Below, piece by piece: positions 56,558 to 64,000 of a DNA stretch of 64,000 bases (the first letter of the stretch is position 1; each line of letters begins with the position of its first letter). The translations under genes and the position numbers were made by a program. Source of the stretch: Saccharolobus solfataricus P2 (GTDB lineage Archaea; Thermoproteota; Thermoprotei_A; Sulfolobales; Sulfolobaceae); assembly GCF_000007005.1 (NCBI RefSeq), contig NC_002754.1, one strand, 5' to 3'. The notes below the pieces were generated by a model. It did no database searches and had not been told where the DNA came from. It saw nothing but the letters and a program-made list of their open reading frames with translations.

Positions 56558-57251
56558 CTTTTCTATTGTTATACCCACTTATAATGAGAGAGACAATATT
56601 GTAAAACTAGTAGAGGAGATAAATAGGATAGTACCATATAATTCCAGAATTCTTATAGTAGATGATAATAGCCCAGATGGAACAGCATTAATATTGCAAG
56701 AGTTAAACATTCATAACCTTACTGTATTAATAAGACATAACGAAAGAGGCTTAGGATCAGCGTTAAGATATGGAATTAGTAAGGCGATAGAGCTAGAATC
56801 AGACTTCATAGTCACTATGGATGCGGACTTTAGTCATAATCCGAAATATTTACCAGAAATGATGAAAATTGCCTTAAATGAAAATTGCGACCTAGTTATA
56901 GGTTCTAGATATGTAATAGGAGGTGGAATAGAAAATTGGTCACTTAGTAGGAGAATTATAAGTAAGGGAGCCAACTATCTGTTTAAGTTAGTTTCACATT
57001 CCCCAATCATGGATAATACGTCAAATTACAGAATATACTCACGTAGAGCCGCACTATTGGCATTAGAATGTGATACCACAAATGGATATGAATTTCAAAT
57101 ATGCTCAATATTCAAAATTATAAGGAATAACCTCAAGATTAAGGAATATCCCATCATCTTTGTAGATAGAAAAACTGGAAAAAGTAAACTTAATTTGAAG
57201 GAAATTTTAAATTGGTTCCTTTATATAATTAGGCTTTCCCTTTCTTTTTGA
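56550..57251 (+). CDS. Polyprenol-phosphate mannosyltransferase (Dpm1-like GT2); start ATG 56550
   Basis: IPTYNE, VDDNSPDGT, GLG.A, MDADFSH, GSRY, F.DR..GKSK. Confidence 0.9.
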   Translation: MGNFSIVIPTYNERDNIVKLVEEINRIVPYNSRILIVDDNSPDGTALILQELNIHNLTVLIRHNERGLGSALRYGISKAIELESDFIVTMDADFSHNPKYLPEMMKIALNENCDLVIGSRYVIGGGIENWSLSRRIISKGANYLFKLVSHSPIMDNTSNYRIYSRRAALLALECDTTNGYEFQICSIFKIIRNNLKIKEYPIIFVDRKTGKSKLNLKEILNWFLYIIRLSLSF

Positions 57252-57552
57252 GCTTTTCCAACTCTCCTTTGATTGTATCTATCTCTTTCTTAAGTAAGGT
57301 TATCTCGTTCTCATGATTCTCCAATGTCTTCAATAGTTTCATGCTGTCTATGTGTGCTTCCTCCTCATATTCCCTAAGTCTTATATTACCGTCTTGATCC
57401 ATTTCAACCAGCCCAAGTCTTTGGAGTTCTCTAGCGTAGCCCTTAGCTGTCTTTGGGGATACTTTTATTTCTAGAGCTAGATCTTTTACGTTCATAGTTC
57501 CCTTATTCTTTAGCATATTTATTATATCTTGAAGCCTAGGAGTAAGTTCCAT
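57229..57552 (-). CDS. Winged-helix protein with C-terminal coiled coil
   Basis: NVKDLALEIKVSPKTAKGYARELQRLGLV, then a heptad-rich tail. Confidence 0.82.
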   Translation of the reverse strand: MELTPRLQDIINMLKNKGTMNVKDLALEIKVSPKTAKGYARELQRLGLVEMDQDGNIRLREYEEEAHIDSMKLLKTLENHENEITLLKKEIDTIKGELEKLKKKGKA

Positions 57553-57612
57553 ATCTAATAGCTTACCATAGAATGCCTTTTAAATATAGAGACATATCAA
57601 ATTAAGAGAGAG

Positions 57613-58569
57613 TTGACACTACTGCTAAAAGAGAATGATGTAATAAATTTACTGGATTACAAACAAATTTATGGAGCGTTAGTTAATGCATTTTTACTTT
57701 TTGAAAATAAATTTGCAATAAATTTAGAAAGAAGTAGAATCTCGTTTCACGGAACTACACTTACGTTTCAAGCAGCAGGTATGGAAAATTACATTGGATA
57801 TAAAACTTTCATTTCAGGTAACCATTTGACGTTTCTATATGACACCTCTGGTAACTTACTAAGCATAATAGAGTCTGATAGACTTTCACAAGCTAGAACT
57901 GCTGTTTTATCAATTCTCGCCACAGATTACGTTTATGGAGATTTTTCCTCTCTAGGAGTAATTGGTTTGGGAAAATATGGCCTAGCGATTGTTGAGATAG
58001 CAAACCAATTAAAGAAAGGAATTAAAATTAATGTTTTCACTCCTTCACAACAACGAATGGAAAAGGCTCTATCGATATTAAGAGGTGAAGGTATAGATGT
58101 CTCACCGAAAGATTCAATTAAAAGAGTTTGTGAAGAAAGCGAAGTTGTAACGACAATAACTAAAGCTAAGGATCCGTTTTTGAAATTAGAATATGTAAAT
58201 AATAAGAGAATACACATTAATGCAATGGGTTCCAATATACCAGAAAAGATTGAGATTTTCCCAGAGGTAATAAAAGCGTCAAATTTGATTGTGGTCGAGG
58301 AACTAGAGCACGAGTTTAAAAGAATCCGGCGAGTTAGTCATCGCAAGAGGATGGGAATGTTAGATATGAGTAAGATAACTCTCTTGTCATGGATATTATC
58401 TAGAAAGATTAACGTACAGAAAGAGGGAATAACCATTTTTAAATCTGTAGGTATAGGTCTTGAAGATTTAGCGGTAGGGAAACTCATCTATGAAAAAGCT
58501 TTAAGCAAAGGTTTAGGTACTGAAATAGAGGTAAAGGGAGTTTGGTATCGAGAATCGGAAAAGAAATAG
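57613..58569 (+). CDS. Ornithine cyclodeaminase/mu-crystallin family protein (contains a compensating frameshift pair)
   Basis: RTAVLS, IGLGKYG, HINAMGS, FKSVGIGLEDLA. Confidence 0.88.
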   Translation: MTLLLKENDVINLLDYKQIYGALVNAFLLFENKFAINLERSRISFHGTTLTFQAAGMENYIGYKTFISGNHLTFLYDTSGNLLSIIESDRLSQARTAVLSILATDYVYGDFSSLGVIGLGKYGLAIVEIANQLKKGIKINVFTPSQQRMEKALSILRGEGIDVSPKDSIKRVCEESEVVTTITKAKDPFLKLEYVNNKRIHINAMGSNIPEKIEIFPEVIKASNLIVVEELEHEFKRIRRVSHRKRMGMLDMSKITLLSWILSRKINVQKEGITIFKSVGIGLEDLAVGKLIYEKALSKGLGTEIEVKGVWYRESEKK

Positions 58570-59684
58570 AGATTTCACCAGTCGAATTAGGATCACAAAT
58601 AGCTAAAAGAGTTAAAATTAACATGGCCAGCGGGACGCCGGATCCTAGGAAAATGCCAATAAAGGAAATTAAAGATGCATATAGTGAAGTCTTGAACGAA
58701 CTAGGTCCGAAGGTATTATTTTACCCCGGAGCTGGAGGACAAGAAGAGCTCATACGAGAGATAGAAGATAAATTCTTGAGTGTTCTAAACTTAACTAAGA
58801 GGAAAGATGAGAAAATAGTTGTAACAAGTGGAGCACAACATGCCATGGAATTGCTAGGCAAATACTTCCTAGAGAACGATGTTATAGCTGTTGAGAATCC
58901 AACTTTCATAGAAACTTTTAACGCACTAAAATTGAGAAGTTCCTCTGTAATTCCAATATCTTTGGATCCCTCAGGGATTGATGTAAATGAGCTCGAAACC
59001 TTACTGAAAGTTGTGAAGATTAGATTATTATATGTTATTCCAAATTGTCATAACCCTGCCGGAGTTAACATGTCTGAATGTAGAAGAAAGAGACTAATTG
59101 AATTGGCCGAGAAATACGACTTCTATATTATAGAGGATGATCCATATAGACCAATAGCGGGGGAAACTCCACAACCGATAAAGAACTACGACAATAACGG
59201 CAGAGTAATATACGTTAGTAGCTTCAGTAAAATAATAGCACCAGGATTAAGAGTGGGATTCCTCATAGCAAAGGAAGATATAGCTGAAAAAATTAGCTTA
59301 ATGGAACAATTAGACTTCTCTACATCGACCATAAACCAATATGTAGTGGCTAGATTATTAAGAAAGGGGGTTGTAACTGAAAGATCAAAAGAGCTTTATG
59401 AGCATTATAAAAGTAAGATGAAGATATTAGTAGACTCTCTCGTAGATAAAGGATTAGACAAGTTTAATGAACCTAAGTGTGGTTTCTTTCTGCTCCTAGA
59501 TGTTGGAAAAGATAGTTGGAACGTTTTTCATAAGGCTGTAGAAAAAGGCCTAAGTTTTGTTCCAGCAAAACCTTTCTTTTTGAGAGGAGGAGATACCATG
59601 GCAAGACTGAGCGTGTCAGTTGCGACTAAAGAAGAAATAATTGAGGGAGTCAAAATCCTTAATGAAGTCATAAGAAATATTTAA
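58542..59684 (+). CDS. Class-I PLP aminotransferase (ARO8/LysN-like)
   Basis: SGAQHA, P.CHNP.G, EDDPY, SFSKIIAPGLRVG. Confidence 0.9.
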   Translation: MVSRIGKEIEISPVELGSQIAKRVKINMASGTPDPRKMPIKEIKDAYSEVLNELGPKVLFYPGAGGQEELIREIEDKFLSVLNLTKRKDEKIVVTSGAQHAMELLGKYFLENDVIAVENPTFIETFNALKLRSSSVIPISLDPSGIDVNELETLLKVVKIRLLYVIPNCHNPAGVNMSECRRKRLIELAEKYDFYIIEDDPYRPIAGETPQPIKNYDNNGRVIYVSSFSKIIAPGLRVGFLIAKEDIAEKISLMEQLDFSTSTINQYVVARLLRKGVVTERSKELYEHYKSKMKILVDSLVDKGLDKFNEPKCGFFLLLDVGKDSWNVFHKAVEKGLSFVPAKPFFLRGGDTMARLSVSVATKEEIIEGVKILNEVIRNI

Positions 59685-60046
59685 CCAAATACAACTTCTT
59701 CTACTCTAGAAATAAAATCCTTTACTTGATTCTCATAAAGTGGGATATCGTCTTCATCTACATTCCCACTTAAATAACAATCGTAGTGTAGGGTTAGCCC
59801 TAAGTTCCAATAATATTCTACCCAATCTCCCAATATACTAGATAACTCCTTTACAACCTCAGTTCTCGGTTTATCTTGTAAAGAGAAATAATAACTGAGC
59901 AGTTTTATTCCAGCATTTATTGCTTCATATAACATTTCGCATACTACAATTGGTGAATTAACTGTATTACTGAGATCATAGTAGAATTTTGACGTTGATA
60001 TAAAATATGTATAAAATTCCTTTTTAGACTCATTTAATGTTTCCAC
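59681..60046 (-). CDS. PaREP1 family protein
   Basis: CEMLYEAINAGIKLL…W..GLTLH pattern. Confidence 0.7.
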   Translation of the reverse strand: METLNESKKEFYTYFISTSKFYYDLSNTVNSPIVVCEMLYEAINAGIKLLSYYFSLQDKPRTEVVKELSSILGDWVEYYWNLGLTLHYDCYLSGNVDEDDIPLYENQVKDFISRVEEVVFG

Positions 60047-60136
60047 GATATTATACTTATACAGTATTATTTTAAAAAGTAAACGTCATGCTACTACGCT
60101 TTTATAAAGGTTTATGGTAAAGATATAAAAGGAATC

Positions 60137-60490
60137 ATGAAGCTAATTTATTTCTCACTTCTCTTAACCGCTGTATCCCTATTAATAGGAAGTATAATGC
60201 TATTTAATACTGTACCAAGAATTTTCACAATCGGTACATTAGCTATAGTGATGTTTCTGATTGCGTCCTTGTTTTTAATTAATAAATATAATTTCTTAAC
60301 TTATATATTATTCGTATTAGCAATATTAGCTATAATTATATCCTCTTCTTCCGGAGCACATGTACAAGCTTTTAGAGAATTTGGCGAATCCTTATACATC
60401 ACAGCTCTGGATATTTTAATGATCTTAGGTTTCTATGTAGGGCCAATCCTATACATAGTAGCGTTCCTTAAAGATAATTTAAAAAGGTAA
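60137..60490 (+). CDS. Hypothetical membrane protein, 117 aa
   Basis: Four hydrophobic helices. Confidence 0.7.
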   Translation: MKLIYFSLLLTAVSLLIGSIMLFNTVPRIFTIGTLAIVMFLIASLFLINKYNFLTYILFVLAILAIIISSSSGAHVQAFREFGESLYITALDILMILGFYVGPILYIVAFLKDNLKR

Positions 60491-60510
60491 GAGTAATATA
60501 ATTTAATTCT

Positions 60511-60981
60511 GTGGAAGTTATAGATCCGCATGCGAGAGTAGCAGATTTAGTGGGACTTTTGTACTCTTTAGAAAACACGTTTAATGGTAAGACAGATCTA
60601 TACATGCTAGAAAAGGAGATGGAAGTGGATTTAGACGATTTAATGCCAATAGTGTATACTGCAAATTCCTTAGGTTTCATAACAGTAGGTGAGGGAGATA
60701 TTATAATAACCGATAAAGGAATTGAGTTCCTTAAATCGAATCTTAAGAGAAGAAAAGAAATCATCAAAGATTCAATAAAGAAAATTGAACCATTTAAAAC
60801 AACGTTAGAATTGAAGTATTTTACGATAGAAGAACTAAAATATGTTCTAGAAAAGAAAGGAATTCAAGTTTACAATAGCCCAGAGGGTCTTTATGACTTA
60901 CAGATCACTTTAGTTGAATGGGGAGTTTATTCTGGATTGCTGAAAAAGGAAGGAGAGAGGTTTATTGTAGTTACGACTTAG
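60511..60981 (+). CDS. Stand-alone AAA-associated C-terminal domain (NitT/TauT ATPase tail-like)
   Basis: GLL..L….G..DLY.L…..DLDDLMP.V…..LGF….GDI..T..G pattern; no Walker A motif. Confidence 0.65.
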   Translation: MEVIDPHARVADLVGLLYSLENTFNGKTDLYMLEKEMEVDLDDLMPIVYTANSLGFITVGEGDIIITDKGIEFLKSNLKRRKEIIKDSIKKIEPFKTTLELKYFTIEELKYVLEKKGIQVYNSPEGLYDLQITLVEWGVYSGLLKKEGERFIVVTT

Positions 60982-61028
60982 CGTAATGCTAGAGAAGTAT
61001 AAAAATAAAATTAAACAAAAAGTGTCTT

Positions 61029-61772
61029 ATGGAAAAAGAAAAGGGAGAGGAGCTAGTTCATTACATTCACGAAGCTGACATATTTAGGACTAAGGTCTTC
61101 GGTATACAAGACGGTTTAATAGGAGTAGGCGCAATAGCGTTAGGAGCTGCCGGATTTTCCCATGATGCAATCGCAGTACTAGTAGCTGGTTTAATTGCAA
61201 CAATCGGACAGGCGTTCTCTATGGGAATTGGGGAATATATTAGCACTAGAGTTAGAATGCAAGTTATTCAGAACGAGATAAGAAAGGAAAAATATCAGTT
61301 AAAGAAGTTCCCCGAAATGGAAAAACAAGAACTGGTTAATTTTTACATGAAGAAGGGTTTTACTAAAGAAGTTTCAGAAAAAATAGCTGATTACTTGCTC
61401 AAAAATGAAGACGTAGCGTTGGAGGAAATGTTAATGCATGAACTTAAAGTATTCCCAGAGGAGTTTGAGCGCCCAGTTAAGCTCGGTTTCCTCATGTCCT
61501 TTTATTTAATATTTGGAGGTCTTATACCAGTATTTCCATTTGCAATAAGTACCTACTTAAAGCAATTCGGGTTCAACTTTGCGTTAATTACCTCAATATT
61601 ACTAGTAATCTTAACTCTTGGGATATTTGGCATATTAGGTACCAAGTACACTGGATTGAGTAAGCCGAGAGGAGCCCTAGAGCAAATAGGTACTGGATTG
61701 ATAGCATTAATGGGAAGCTACCTAGCTGGAGTTATATTAGCGCATTTTATACCGATTTCATACTTACCTTAA
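61029..61772 (+). CDS. VIT1/CCC1 family Fe/Mn transporter
   Basis: VFG.QDGL, SMG.GEY.S, GGLIP.FP. Confidence 0.92.
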   Translation: MEKEKGEELVHYIHEADIFRTKVFGIQDGLIGVGAIALGAAGFSHDAIAVLVAGLIATIGQAFSMGIGEYISTRVRMQVIQNEIRKEKYQLKKFPEMEKQELVNFYMKKGFTKEVSEKIADYLLKNEDVALEEMLMHELKVFPEEFERPVKLGFLMSFYLIFGGLIPVFPFAISTYLKQFGFNFALITSILLVILTLGIFGILGTKYTGLSKPRGALEQIGTGLIALMGSYLAGVILAHFIPISYLP

Positions 61773-62695
61773 CCGTCTCCTGCATTTAACAAATTAGCTA
61801 ATCCTCTTGGTATCTTAGCCGGCCTATTATCTTCCTTATATAACTCTTTTCTTCTAGCTTCCAATATTAATGGCTCCAAGTTCAAATATTCAGCAGCTGT
61901 AGTCACTCTTACACCTAGGTCCTTAGCAATATCGTGAACTGGTTTTAGAACTTGAGCGTAGTTGATGTCCCTTAAGACGTGGTGATCGATAATTACAGTT
62001 TCTAATCCATTCTTAATTATTTCCTCCATATTCCTAATTGAGTTCTCTAGTTCTTCTTCTTTTAATGCTCTACCTAAAAGATAACTTAAAGGGCCGTCAA
62101 TTATAATGACCGTAGGCATTTTTTCCTTTGTGAACTTTAAATGTACGTCTTTTGGAGCCCCTTCTATATCAGATGTGAAAATAACTGTAGAGTCTTTATC
62201 ACTTATTGCAACTTGGATCACGTAGCCTAATCTCTCATCAGCTCCATGTGGAACTGCTGGAGAGAAGGAGATAGTGGTAGTATTGAATTCAAAAGTTTTT
62301 CCGTCAGCTATTTCTATTTTTCTTGGTTTATCCTTTATGGATCGTAAGAATCTAGGAGCCCTCCTATACTTCTGGCTATTATTTATCATGTTCTGGGGAT
62401 CTTTTAGAAACACTATCTTATTCTTATAGATATCCGTCGGTATAACGTATCCGGGATCATGATGATCATAATGATAGTGAGATACTACTATTACATCAAC
62501 ATCTTTGGCCACATCTACTAGAACTTTAGCTAACTGAGTTAGTCTGTCTACTTCTCTTTGATGCGGGGGAAGATTGTATCTTCTTGGGGCTAAGGAAACA
62601 GCAGGATCTACTAGGACCCTAAGATCTTTCGTTTCGATTAATGTTGCTTGAGATCTTACACCTAAACTCTCAAATGCTATTGGAGTAATTTTCAT
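61769..62695 (-). CDS. Metallo-beta-lactamase-fold hydrolase (UPF0282-like)
   Basis: [23 protein letters not shown]. Confidence 0.88.
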   Translation of the reverse strand: MKITPIAFESLGVRSQATLIETKDLRVLVDPAVSLAPRRYNLPPHQREVDRLTQLAKVLVDVAKDVDVIVVSHYHYDHHDPGYVIPTDIYKNKIVFLKDPQNMINNSQKYRRAPRFLRSIKDKPRKIEIADGKTFEFNTTTISFSPAVPHGADERLGYVIQVAISDKDSTVIFTSDIEGAPKDVHLKFTKEKMPTVIIIDGPLSYLLGRALKEEELENSIRNMEEIIKNGLETVIIDHHVLRDINYAQVLKPVHDIAKDLGVRVTTAAEYLNLEPLILEARRKELYKEDNRPAKIPRGLANLLNAGDG

Positions 62696-62721
62696 TTAAA
62701 AATACCTTATACCTTATGCAA

Positions 62722-62973
62722 TTAAAATCTAATAGTAGAAATGTCTAAGGTAATTTCTCTTAAATTTTTCCTTATATTTTCTATATCCATTTTAGCCATC
62801 CTGATTCCATAGTTGGTTCTTTTCTTTTCTATATATTTCCCTATGCCATATAAGGTAAACCCAGTTATGGTAGTTATATGAAATGGGTCATCAAGACCAA
62901 GAGCTATAAATCTTCCTACTCCTTGAATTATTCTTCCTCGTGGTTCATAGTCACCTAACAGTTCCTTAAACAT
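62722..62973 (-). CDS. Hypothetical protein, 83 aa
   Basis: ATG ORF 26 bp upstream of the MBL gene, same strand; no recognised motif. Confidence 0.55.
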   Translation of the reverse strand: MFKELLGDYEPRGRIIQGVGRFIALGLDDPFHITTITGFTLYGIGKYIEKKRTNYGIRMAKMDIENIRKNLREITLDISTIRF

Positions 62974-63069
62974 ATATATATTATTGATTTCTAGGGTTAA
63001 AAGAGATTAGGACATCAGAAAAGTATGACGATAAACAAAAATATATTATAAGACGTGGTATGAAAAATA

Positions 63070-64000
63070 ATGCTGGATATTCTGCTAATAACGTTAAGTG
63101 GTATAGTATCCTCGTGGACTGTGTATAATGGTATATTATCAATACTCGGGGTAACGTGGAAACCGTTCGAGAGCAAAAATCATAGTGGAATAACATTTAG
63201 TCTTGATAGTTCCAGTCAAAAATGAGGAAAGAGTGCTTCCTAGATTATTAGATCGGCTCGTAAATCTAGAATATGACAAGTCTAAATATGAAATAATAGT
63301 AGTAGAAGATGGTTCTACTGATAGAACCTTCCAAATTTGTAAAGAGTACGAGATAAAGTATAACAACCTTATAAGATGCTATAGTCTTCCGAGAGCTAAC
63401 GTACCGAATGGGAAAAGTAGAGCGTTAAATTTTGCCTTAAGGATTAGTAAGGGAGAAATTATAGGTATATTCGATGGAGATACAGTACCAAGATTAGATA
63501 TTTTGGAGTACGTTGAACCAAAATTTGAGGATATTACCGTTGGTGCAGTTCAAGGAAAATTAGTTCCAATAAATGTGAGGGAAAGTGTAACAAGTAGATT
63601 AGCTGCTATTGAGGAATTAATATATGAATATTCAATAGCTGGAAGAGCTAAAGTTGGGCTCTTTGTACCAATTGAAGGAACTTGTTCTTTCATAAGGAAA
63701 AGTATAATTATGGAGTTAGGCGGATGGAATGAATATTCTCTCACTGAAGATCTAGATATTAGCCTCAAAATCGTTAATAAAGGCTGTAAGATCGTTTATT
63801 CTCCCACAACTATTAGTTGGAGGGAAGTTCCAGTTAGCTTGAGGGTTTTAATTAGGCAAAGATTAAGATGGTATAGAGGGCATTTAGAAGTGCAATTAGG
63901 CAAACTTAGAAAGATCGATTTAAGAATAATAGACGGTATACTAATAGTGCTTACGCCATTCTTTATGGTCTTAAATCTGGTGAATTACTCTCTAGTATTA
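63070..64000 (+). pseudogene. Processive GT2 glycosyltransferase (cellulose-synthase-like); +1 frameshift near 63205; runs off the window end
   Basis: ATG 63070 gives a TM helix then …ITFSL. Removing one base gives IVPVKNEE, EDGSTD, GKSRALN, FDGD, TEDLD, QRLRW, open to 64000. Confidence 0.85.

Overview
Gene-dense, AT-rich archaeal chromosome segment. It is almost certainly Saccharolobus (Sulfolobus) solfataricus or a very close relative, judged from recognisable proteins (gad-kdgA-kdgK-gapN Entner-Doudoroff operon, ISC1058-type transposase). About 65 CDSs are present, mostly metabolic or housekeeping: the ED pathway, a glucose dehydrogenase, acetyl-CoA synthetase, cobalamin genes cobQ/cobS/cbiB, guaA, TmcA/NAT10, two Hanks-type Ser/Thr kinases, three APC permeases and several glycosylation genes. 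Features absent from the ORF track: (1) a complete dual-guide box C/D sRNA at about 10842-10900 whose two guides match adjacent sites in 16S rRNA helix 27; (2) an IS200/IS605-type tnpB element (36647 to about 38040) with intact RuvC residues, interrupted by a 79-bp MITE, a +1 frameshift and a lost start codon, but with an intact right end that could still give a guide RNA; (3) two orphan hairpin-rich blocks (about 23180-23275 and 38050-38350) that look like structured ncRNAs or IS-end remnants; (4) a 1058-bp IS whose 9-bp target duplication is the TATA box of a sugar-nucleotide gene; (5) truncated genes at both window ends. At least six genes carry single-base or mutually compensating indels, which look more like sequencing errors than true decay. 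No CRISPR array, tRNA or rRNA was found. Family names and rRNA sequences are from memory; no searches were run.
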